DNA of 64,000 bases from a virus. Lineage: Duplodnaviria > Caudoviricetes. A program made the translations under genes and the position numbers. The stretch is from positions 2,815 through 66,814 of IMG/VR virus record IMGVR_UViG_2877794441_000003. One strand, written 5' to 3'. The notes beneath the pieces are model-generated. The model was not told where the DNA came from. It did no database searches and worked only from the letters and a program-made list of their open reading frames with translations. This document shows, piece by piece, positions 1-7,651 of this stretch (position 1 is the stretch's first letter; each line of letters opens with the position of its first letter).

Positions 1-2463
1 TGCATAATCAACGCCTTCAGTGAGTACCACCCCATCAGAAATTCGCTTGACGACGCGCGCGGACGAATACTGATGTGGCAGGCGCGAACCGGGCGCCAGG
101 CCTCCGCTGGGCGCTGCGATCAAGGTGAACGGTAAATCCGTTACCGCCTCAGTCGCAGGGGCATCCACCGCAAGGTTTTGTTGCAGGGTGTTGATCGGCG
201 CCCCCATGCGGCTCACGTTATACGCTTGGATTGTTGCGGTGAATCCGAGAATGGAGACCGTATCCTCGGTAGTTCCTGTCACCTTGAGCGCGCCGGAATA
301 GTTCTTGTTCGAGTCGGACTGCCTACCCTCCAGCTCGCTCAGCCGCTTGTCCAGCATGACGTCCTGCGCGCTTACGCCCGGGGTGTTGACCTCTTTGACG
401 AACCAGCGCAGGCCCTTGATGCGGAAGCTGTTGGCATTGGCAGAAACTGAGCTCCCGGTGTAGCTCACAACCGGGCCGAACGTAACAGCGTTCGCTGCGA
501 CGACATACTCAACCACCCGCACATAGTGAGTGCCGGTGAAGCCCTCGCTGATGAGGGTGCCAGCATTACCGACGCCTTCGACGTAGACGCCTCGGTCTGT
601 GCGCAGCTGCTTCTCAGCCTGGAAAGTCGCGCTAACCTCCGCCTCGAGCGTCATCCTTATCGTTTTTCCGACGATTTCCGCCAGCGTGGCTGAGTCGAAA
701 GGAATCATGATCCGGTTGTAGACCCCGGCTCCCGATTTTCCGGCGGGTATATCGAAGCCGACGATAATACCGTTCTCGTAGGCCAACACTGCGCCGTTAA
801 CGTCGGCACCACCCGTCACGACCGTTTTCTTCATGACATCGCCAGATGTGATTCTCAGGGGGTCAATAGCAACCTTAGAAGAATCAGAGAACCTGGCGTC
901 AAATGCAACGTCTGCCGCACGCTTCAGGCCGGCACCGCTTAAGACGGACCACGTCAGGGATTTGAACTGAAGCTGAACAGTGGATGCTTGAATGGGTGAG
1001 GAACCGTGCACAGCAAGGCTGACAGCCCATTGGGTGTCGGTCGCGTCAACGATGTAATCCACAACCTTGGTGAGGGTCGTACCCTCCTGGCGGATATCAA
1101 CCAGCGTCGCCGTAACCTCGGATGTACCTGTGGCAGAGCCGCGGGCAGCACGCATACCTGCGCTCAGCACGAAGTCAACGAGGTTGATCGCCTGATCAGT
1201 GACCGTGTAGACCGATGTGAGACGGATGGTCGATCCTGCCAGGGCTTTTACCTGATCAGCGTCCGGTCGCAGCACATTGTAGAACTGGGAGTTGCCGCCA
1301 GCAGATCCAGAGGGGATTTGGATGCCGGCGATATTCGGGGCGATCGCGCCCGCAGGCAGAGAGGTTGCACCGTTGGACAATACGGCAAAGCCGGTGGTGA
1401 TTGTGGCCGGCTCCCATTTCCAAGACAGGCCAGCCGAGGCGTTCACCTCATCGAACGCCTTGGAGCGCTCGAGGTTGGCGTTGTTGTAGGGTGTCAGCCT
1501 AGCAGCGACGGACACGATGCCGTACGCAACACGATCGATAACGACGCGACTATCAGATAGAGCCGCCGGGCCGGACGCCAAGCTAAGCAACACGCCGATT
1601 TGTGAATCCTGGGCAGTTACGGTGTATTCCACAACTCGACGATAGAGCCCGTTATCGTAACTCTCAGCGACAACTCGACCGACGTTGGTGGCCACGCCCG
1701 AACGGGTGACCTGAAATGCCCTGTCGGTTCTAAACTTGATGCCAGCGCCGAAATCACCCGTGTAGCGACCGCTCACTACGACCTGGATAGTGGTACCCAC
1801 CAGACTCAACGGGTTCACGCTCGCAGTAGGGAGCATGGCCAGAATGTAGCTCACGACCCCAACACTGCCGGCTTGAACATTGATGCCCACTGGACGGTTC
1901 GAGCGGCGCACCAGCGTTCCGCCATTGGTCGCCTCGCCAGACCATGAAGCCACGTTCGCAAGATCGGAGACAGGACTCGCGGAAGCGGCCGCAAGCTCTG
2001 CGGCTGTCAGCTGGATCGTCTGAACTGGCTGGTTCTGGAAGTAAACCCATGCCTTCGTGGTGTTGTTCCAGTAGTACCAGCCATTTTTGGATTGGTCAGG
2101 GTCCGCATCAACCACGCCGACCACGCCATCGCGGGTCTGGGGCATCGCAACGAGTTGCGCATAGGTGCTGGCATGCTTGTTGTTGAGGTCGTCGCCAAGG
2201 TTGGCGGCGGTCTCCTCCATCTGGGAGATGGCAGCAGCCGCTGTCGAATTGACCGCCTCCTGTGCAGCTTCGACAGTTGGATCAATCTGGGCTTTCGCAT
2301 CGATAACCAGGTTGTGGTAGGCCTGCCACGTGTATCGCTGACGTCCAAATCTATCTATAAACGTTTCTTCCAGACTGACCATACCCTCATCAAATCCGAT
2401 GGCGTTGTCGTTTAGATCGCGCGGGTCATTGCTGGGAGCCGGGTTATTGGTGTTGTAGCGCAT
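1..2463 (-). CDS. Tail spike / tail fibre protein (3' end runs off window)
   Basis: Translated by hand from ATG at 2463 (MRYNTNNPAPSNDPRDLNDNAIGFDEGMVSLEETFIDRFGRQRYTW...); stays open to base 1. It lies directly after the J-like gene and its N-terminus resembles tail-spike attachment domains. Absent from the ORF track because no stop is in the window. Confidence 0.8.
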   Translation of the reverse strand, partial: MRYNTNNPAPSNDPRDLNDNAIGFDEGMVSLEETFIDRFGRQRYTWQAYHNLVIDAKAQIDPTVEAAQEAVNSTAAAAISQMEETAANLGDDLNNKHASTYAQLVAMPQTRDGVVGVVDADPDQSKNGWYYWNNTTKAWVYFQNQPVQTIQLTAAELAAASASPVSDLANVASWSGEATNGGTLVRRSNRPVGINVQAGSVGVVSYILAMLPTASVNPLSLVGTTIQVVVSGRYTGDFGAGIKFRTDRAFQVTRSGVATNVGRVVAESYDNGLYRRVVEYTVTAQDSQIGVLLSLASGPAALSDSRVVIDRVAYGIVSVAARLTPYNNANLERSKAFDEVNASAGLSWKWEPATITTGFAVLSNGATSLPAGAIAPNIAGIQIPSGSAGGNSQFYNVLRPDADQVKALAGSTIRLTSVYTVTDQAINLVDFVLSAGMRAARGSATGTSEVTATLVDIRQEGTTLTKVVDYIVDATDTQWAVSLAVHGSSPIQASTVQLQFKSLTWSVLSGAGLKRAADVAFDARFSDSSKVAIDPLRITSGDVMKKTVVTGGADVNGAVLAYENGIIVGFDIPAGKSGAGVYNRIMIPFDSATLAEIVGKTIRMTLEAEVSATFQAEKQLRTDRGVYVEGVGNAGTLISEGFTGTHYVRVVEYVVAANAVTFGPVVSYTGSSVSANANSFRIKGLRWFVKEVNTPGVSAQDVMLDKRLSELEGRQSDSNKNYSGALKVTGTTEDTVSILGFTATIQAYNVSRMGAPINTLQQNLAVDAPATEAVTDLPFTLIAAPSGGLAPGSRLPHQYSSARVVKRISDGVVLTEGVDYA

Positions 2464-2478
2464 GGGATCTCCGGGCAC

Positions 2479-2501
2479 AAAAAAGCCCGCGCTGGGCGGG
2501 C
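2479..2501 (-). terminator. Rho-independent terminator after host-specificity gene
   Basis: GCCCGC-CCAGC-GCGGGC followed by T6 on minus strand. Confidence 0.65.
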
Positions 2502-2519
2502 ATGCTCGTCAGGGTCCGG

Positions 2520-5500
2520 TCAGGCCGGCGGGAATTGGTCGTCGTAGGTGTAAACGCGAGCGTCGTAGGGCATGCCCTTCATCGCCACGTTGCCGTTGGC
2601 TGGGTCTGAACTGGTGATCAGCGTCGGGTAGGCCCAGCGCGAGGCTGGGCCGAACAGAATGTGCGGCGGCTCAAGCGGGCCATCCACCACGGGCACGAAG
2701 TCCAGCGCTGCGACCGAGGCGGTGTAATCGTCAACTCGAACTGCATCCCACGGCCCAGAAAGGGTGCCGTCCAAGCGCCGTATGCCTATCAGGTTGGCCT
2801 CGGTGAAAGACCAGTCCAGCGGCTCGGAGCTGTGTAGCAAGGTACCCGACCCGGTTATCGAGAAGTCCAGCAGGATCGCACTCTGGCAACGCTTAGGCGC
2901 ATCGTCTGCAACGGCTGCAAAGCTCAAGTAGCCGCTGTTGCTGCCGTCCATCTCGGTTTCCCAGGTATAAATGTCGGTCCGAAACTTCTGGTGTCCACGC
3001 CGGCGCATGCCGACCCGCCATGCCCTGGTCCTGTCACTGACTCCAGGCATCTTGATCTTCTCGACCTTGGTGCCGAGGTCGCCTGGCCAGCGGCACTCGA
3101 CCGTTTCCCACGCCCAGGTGGTGTGCGAGAAGAACTCCACATCCACCCCGTCGAAGTCGTTGATCGACGGCATGGCGCCGCTGATCTTCAGCATCTTGGT
3201 CATGTTCTGGGGTGAGTAGGTCTGCGTCTTCGGGCCGTAGGTAACGTCGAACGCTGCCCGGGCACTGTCCCGAACCGGGCGCAGCAGGCCACGGAAAGTC
3301 ACCAGCTCGCCGAACCCACACGCCAGCGCGTTGTTGATCATGTCCTTGACGGTGATCGTCGAATCCAGCGTTTCGTCGTAGGTGTCGCCGCGGGCTATGC
3401 AAATATCGTGGAAGGTCTGCCACTCTGGCAGATCAAGGTCATCGTCCGTATACCCGCGCTGCTTCAGCTGGTAGATGCACCAAGGCACGATGTCGCGGCT
3501 TGGCCCGGTACCGCCCTCCACAAGCGGCAGGATGCGGGTTGCCTCTACACTGACTTGGCTCTCCGACTGTGCAGACAACCGGTCGCCGCCCCGGATATTG
3601 CAGGTCATGACAGTCAGGCCGGGGTAGCTGGCCGGCGAGCTCTGCATCCGCCCCCGCAGGTCCGTCCAGGTGGCGTCATCCCGCGCTTCATCGTTGATAC
3701 GTCCAGGTCGGTCCACATACTGCTTACGGACCCGGGCCTCAGCGCGCATTGCGTACGGCAGCGTGATGCGCTGCGTGAAGCCCTGGGCATCCAGCGAGCC
3801 GCCGACGTTCACGTACTGGATCTGCGTCCAGGCACCGGCCACGTCCAAATCGCGGTACTCGAACACGTAGTAGGTCGGAATCTCGTATATCTGCCCTTCC
3901 CGGCCGATACCAGCCAAGCCGTTGGCGTAGGTGACCGTCCACTCCAGTTCGGTGACCTTCTCGTTCTCAGGGCAGCAGGCAAATGGTCCCCGGTATCCGC
4001 CCTGCAAGTTCGAAGCGTCCAGCGTGATCAGGCCATTGACCGTCTGCATGGCGTTGAATCCAGGCCATCCCGCATCGGTCGAGCCGGACGAGGTCAGGCG
4101 CTCCACCTCGAGCAGGCTCGTGCTGAAGGCCGTGATCCGGTAACGCAGCCCGCGTGGGCCGATGGTTGCCAGCCCCTGCCCTAGCGCCAGGCCGACCACC
4201 GGTGCACCACCGTCATAATCCAGCGTCATTTCCGCTGGCTGCTCTGGAGTGCCGCTAGTGGTTGCGGTGCCGGTGACTCCTACCGGGGAGGAGCCGAGGA
4301 TGGTTGAGGCACCGGTGGCAGAGATGGCCTGGCCACTAAACGGTGTCAATTCGACGAAACGCAACCGGCCACTGCTCTGCTGAGCCTCAAACGGCAATCC
4401 GCTGAGCTGAGTGTTCAGCGCTGCTACCAGGCCAGCCAGATCGGTTGTGGCCGTGTTAAGCGTGACGGGATAGGTAGAGCTGCCGCGCACCAGGTTGAAC
4501 GTGAGCGGCGTGACGTTGAAGTCGTAGCGAGTTGGCGCCGCCGATCCGGTGCGTGTCGATGCTGTCCCAGGATTGGCCGGTACCGCCGGTGTGTATGGGG
4601 TGTAGTTGTGCACCACGTACAGGCCCGCGTTTGCCCCTGCCACCTCGATGAGCATACCCACCGAAGGGTTCAGCATCTCCAGCGGGCCGCGGATGATGTC
4701 ACGCCCGGCGCCGCCGTCGATCACCGTGTAGGTGTATGGTGCGAGAGCGCGGATGATGATCCCGTTCGACCAGTCGGCTGGGAACTGGCCGGAACCGGCC
4801 GGCACGCTGATCGTGTCGCCAACGAACTGGTACGCCGATGCCGTGGCCGACCTGGTGAGTTCGGTGGCCATGGTCAGCTCCAGGCCGGCCGACCCACTGG
4901 AGCTTGCCCCGACCTCGGGCACGTTGAACCAGTTGATGTGGGCCGGGTCGGCCGACAGATCAGCGCCTGGCGGGTAGATGGTGAACGTCGCGTCGGAGCC
5001 TAGGGAGATCAGCGGGGTTTCGCCGACCTTGACCTTGGCCAGCGGGACGTCGTACTCGCCCTCGCCGATGTACAGCAGCATTTCCACCCGCTGGTCACGC
5101 GGTGCGACATGCGCCCGGCGGGGCTGGGTCAGGTAGGACGGATAGACCCGCTGGTGCCCTGCGATCTGGCGCACCGGCTCGCCCAGCTTCACCTTGTTAC
5201 CCTTGGCGCTGGCCTCGGTCAGGGGGTCGCCCTGCTGAGTGCCGGCACTGGAAGGCATGCCGGGCATCTTGGGCATGATCGACTTCAGCACCGCCTTGGC
5301 GCCTTTGAACAAGGCGAAGGTGATGGAGAACGGGTCGGTACCCTTCGGCTCGCGGTAGATCTGCAGCAGGTCGGCAGGCTTGAACTTCACCTTGTGCCAC
5401 AGGTGCTGCTCGATCAGTTCATCATTGAGCACAACGCTGATTGGCGGGCTTTCGCGACGCTCATACGACGGAGCTAGGGCCTTCAGCCATTCCTCGATCG

Positions 5501-5573
5501 ACATGCGGCGGTCGGTCTTCCAGGTGCCGAGAGGCTCCGTGTTGCTCAGCTTGTTCGGGTAAAATTCGATCAT
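2520..5573 (-). CDS. Host specificity / central tail tip protein (lambda J-like)
   Basis: ~1017 aa from MIEFYPNK (upstream part of track ORF is shadow of NlpC gene); position after NlpC/P60 gene; typical TipJ-like C-terminal half. Confidence 0.85.
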   Translation of the reverse strand: MIEFYPNKLSNTEPLGTWKTDRRMSIEEWLKALAPSYERRESPPISVVLNDELIEQHLWHKVKFKPADLLQIYREPKGTDPFSITFALFKGAKAVLKSIMPKMPGMPSSAGTQQGDPLTEASAKGNKVKLGEPVRQIAGHQRVYPSYLTQPRRAHVAPRDQRVEMLLYIGEGEYDVPLAKVKVGETPLISLGSDATFTIYPPGADLSADPAHINWFNVPEVGASSSGSAGLELTMATELTRSATASAYQFVGDTISVPAGSGQFPADWSNGIIIRALAPYTYTVIDGGAGRDIIRGPLEMLNPSVGMLIEVAGANAGLYVVHNYTPYTPAVPANPGTASTRTGSAAPTRYDFNVTPLTFNLVRGSSTYPVTLNTATTDLAGLVAALNTQLSGLPFEAQQSSGRLRFVELTPFSGQAISATGASTILGSSPVGVTGTATTSGTPEQPAEMTLDYDGGAPVVGLALGQGLATIGPRGLRYRITAFSTSLLEVERLTSSGSTDAGWPGFNAMQTVNGLITLDASNLQGGYRGPFACCPENEKVTELEWTVTYANGLAGIGREGQIYEIPTYYVFEYRDLDVAGAWTQIQYVNVGGSLDAQGFTQRITLPYAMRAEARVRKQYVDRPGRINDEARDDATWTDLRGRMQSSPASYPGLTVMTCNIRGGDRLSAQSESQVSVEATRILPLVEGGTGPSRDIVPWCIYQLKQRGYTDDDLDLPEWQTFHDICIARGDTYDETLDSTITVKDMINNALACGFGELVTFRGLLRPVRDSARAAFDVTYGPKTQTYSPQNMTKMLKISGAMPSINDFDGVDVEFFSHTTWAWETVECRWPGDLGTKVEKIKMPGVSDRTRAWRVGMRRRGHQKFRTDIYTWETEMDGSNSGYLSFAAVADDAPKRCQSAILLDFSITGSGTLLHSSEPLDWSFTEANLIGIRRLDGTLSGPWDAVRVDDYTASVAALDFVPVVDGPLEPPHILFGPASRWAYPTLITSSDPANGNVAMKGMPYDARVYTYDDQFPPA

Positions 5574-5947
5574 CGGTAATACACCACCCTTGGGTGTGCG
5601 GCCTCGAACTCGCCGGTCGTCCGGAGGCAGGCGCCGCCGGGGTTTGTGTCCAGCACCTTCAGCCGGCCCTCGCTTTCCACCACCACGCCTACGTGCAGGC
5701 ACAGCTCGCCGCGGAACACGGCGGCGATCGCGCCAGGCTCCGGGGCGCACTCCTCCATGCCTCGGCGCAGGTCGTGATACGCCTCGGTGTTGGCCCTGAG
5801 CTTGTTCTTGCCCACGGCTCCTAAGCTGGGCAACAGCGGCAGACCGAACACCTGATGGCGGACTGCGATGCACAGCCCCCAGCAATCGAAGGCAATGGGC
5901 CCCCGTGCACCCTCGCGATACGGGGCGCGCATGAATTTCTCGATCAT
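5570..5947 (-). CDS. Tail assembly protein, NlpC/P60 family (lambda K-like)
   Basis: FDCWGLC catalytic Cys motif and LHVGVV His motif; tail-tip position. Confidence 0.85.
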   Translation of the reverse strand: MIEKFMRAPYREGARGPIAFDCWGLCIAVRHQVFGLPLLPSLGAVGKNKLRANTEAYHDLRRGMEECAPEPGAIAAVFRGELCLHVGVVVESEGRLKVLDTNPGGACLRTTGEFEAAHPRVVYYR

Positions 5948-5949
5948 GA

Positions 5950-6429
5950 TCAGATGTACTTCAGGCCAGGTGCCAAGGTGGTGGTCAGGACGGTGCGCAG
6001 GCCGTTGGTGTTGAGCAGGTCGAAAAAGCCAGCGGTGAGCTTGGCCACGTCGTCCTCATACTCCCGGCTGAGCAGCGTCATGCGGTACCGCTCCTGCGGG
6101 AAAGACAGGTCCTCGGCCAGGTAGCGCCGGAAGGTGACGATGAAGCGCTTGTCGGCAGCCTTGACCGCCTCCACCACCTCCTGCACCTCGCCTGTGACGT
6201 TGTCCAGGCCCAGCACCAGGTTCTGGAACGCGCTGTTGTCGTTCCTGGGCAGGGCCAAGTCCATGGCCATCGCGATAAATGTGAGCGTGCGGCCGTCCTC
6301 GGTGGTGCACACCCGGTCTTCCCAGCCAGAGCAGTAGAGGTGGGAGACAGTGCCGCCCTCCTCCCGCGCCTCGATGGTGTCGACCAGCTCGCCTCTGCCC
6401 GAGGCATAACACTCCTCGATCAGGCTCAT
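5950..6429 (-). CDS. Minor tail protein (lambda L-like / DUF1833-like)
   Basis: 159 aa, synteny between distal tail gene and NlpC gene. Confidence 0.7.
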   Translation of the reverse strand: MSLIEECYASGRGELVDTIEAREEGGTVSHLYCSGWEDRVCTTEDGRTLTFIAMAMDLALPRNDNSAFQNLVLGLDNVTGEVQEVVEAVKAADKRFIVTFRRYLAEDLSFPQERYRMTLLSREYEDDVAKLTAGFFDLLNTNGLRTVLTTTLAPGLKYI

Positions 6430-6884
6430 GCTTCAGGCCACTCCCTGTTGATCGCCAAGTCGATGATGTCTTTGTTCAGCCAGAACTGCGGGAACTGCTC
6501 CCAACCCTCTGGAATGAGTTCTCGTTTCTTGAGCTCAGCTCCGATGGAGTAACGCCACCGCTTTATCTGCGTCAGTTCTACCCTGCCGTAGATCCCAGTG
6601 AAGTGAATCGGATACTTCTTGAAACCAGCCGGTAACTGGAGCGGCATTTCCAGCCACTCCATGCCCTCATTCAGGGTTCTCGAATACCAGGCCTCGAAAA
6701 AGCCGGCCTCAGCTTCACTGAAGTTGAAGTTCAGCGTCAGCGCTGAAGGCACGTAACTACTTATCTTTCGGTAGCGGCGTCTGCCAGTCACCATTGGGGT
6801 AACTCGTATAGGGTCGACTGTCGTGTAGCCATACCCATCTTGCAGCGGAAGTGGCAATTCTGCCGGGTATTGAATCATTGCCAT
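6426..6884 (-). CDS. Distal tail / minor tail protein
   Basis: YP..LPLPLQDGY N-terminus and WFxMPL-like segment typical of the gene after the tape measure. Confidence 0.7.
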   Translation of the reverse strand: MAMIQYPAELPLPLQDGYGYTTVDPIRVTPMVTGRRRYRKISSYVPSALTLNFNFSEAEAGFFEAWYSRTLNEGMEWLEMPLQLPAGFKKYPIHFTGIYGRVELTQIKRWRYSIGAELKKRELIPEGWEQFPQFWLNKDIIDLAINREWPEA

Positions 6885-6904
6885 TCCTCAGCTGAGGTTT
6901 GCGT

Positions 6905-7051
6905 TTAGGTGAGAGGGCTGAGGCCCAGCGCTTCCTCAATACGGGCAAGGCGCCGCTGCAGCAGAAGCTCTTTCTCGTCGGGCTGAGAGGGCTCAGGGTC
7001 GGGCACAGTGGCGCCCGGCCCGTTCTCGGCCTCTTCGGTTTCGGTAGTCAT
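6905..7051 (-). CDS. Small acidic hypothetical protein (48 aa)
   Basis: Hand translation MTTETEEAENGPGATVPDPEPSQPDEKELLLQRRLARIEEALGLSPLT; fills the gap in the tail operon. Confidence 0.5.
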   Translation of the reverse strand: MTTETEEAENGPGATVPDPEPSQPDEKELLLQRRLARIEEALGLSPLT

Positions 7052-7107
7052 AAACTGCTCTCAGATTGGGCTTGGAGAGAATGTGGTATGAGCTGAACAG
7101 CGCCCAT

Positions 7108-7133
7108 AAAAAAGCCCCGCTTTAACGGGGCTT
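7108..7133 (-). terminator. Terminator after moron gene
   Basis: GCCCCG-N6-CGGGGC plus T6 on minus strand. Confidence 0.65.
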
Positions 7134-7137
7134 CTGC

Positions 7138-7584
7138 TTACTCCTTGGCCATCAACTGTCCAAGGCTGTATCCGGTGATTTGGCTGATTCGCCCGCGCCA
7201 TGCAGGACCATTATGCTTTGACGATGGGATCTGTCCGGACGGGCTCCAGAACTTCGCATCAAGCAGATGAATGAATGCCGTGTTATGCGCTGGGCTATCG
7301 GAGGGCTCGTAGTAAGAGCCTCCCATCTCACGGAAGAATTTCCGCGTGGCGTCTTTGCCTTCTTCTTTGACGCCTTTCACAATTTCCCCTGTGTAGGCGT
7401 CAAAGAACTTACTACCGGAAACAAGCATGCCGGAAATCAGGCCTCCACCAACCCAAAGGGTTATAGGGATAGTGAAATCCTGCGTGCGGTTGGCATGAGT
7501 CACCAGGTGTTGCAGCAGCCAATCCCGGTCAATGTTGTCCGAAATTGGCTCTAGAGGGGCAAGCTTTGAAGATTCCTGTTCCAT
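7138..7584 (-). CDS. Moron, hypothetical protein (GvpU-like)
   Basis: Lower GC, own terminator; ITLWVGGGLISGMLVSGSKFF and FIHLLDAKF segments resemble GvpU-like proteins. Confidence 0.5.
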   Translation of the reverse strand: MEQESSKLAPLEPISDNIDRDWLLQHLVTHANRTQDFTIPITLWVGGGLISGMLVSGSKFFDAYTGEIVKGVKEEGKDATRKFFREMGGSYYEPSDSPAHNTAFIHLLDAKFWSPSGQIPSSKHNGPAWRGRISQITGYSLGQLMAKE

Positions 7585-7651
7585 GTGAAAACCTCAATGA
7601 AGGATTTTCCAGTCTAACCATCTGAAATGGCCATATGCCACTCAGAAATAA

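Noticed and set aside
178-2415. Short track ORFs on both strands in the first 2.4 kb
   Set aside because: Explained as alternative frames of the single long minus-strand tail spike ORF starting at 2463.
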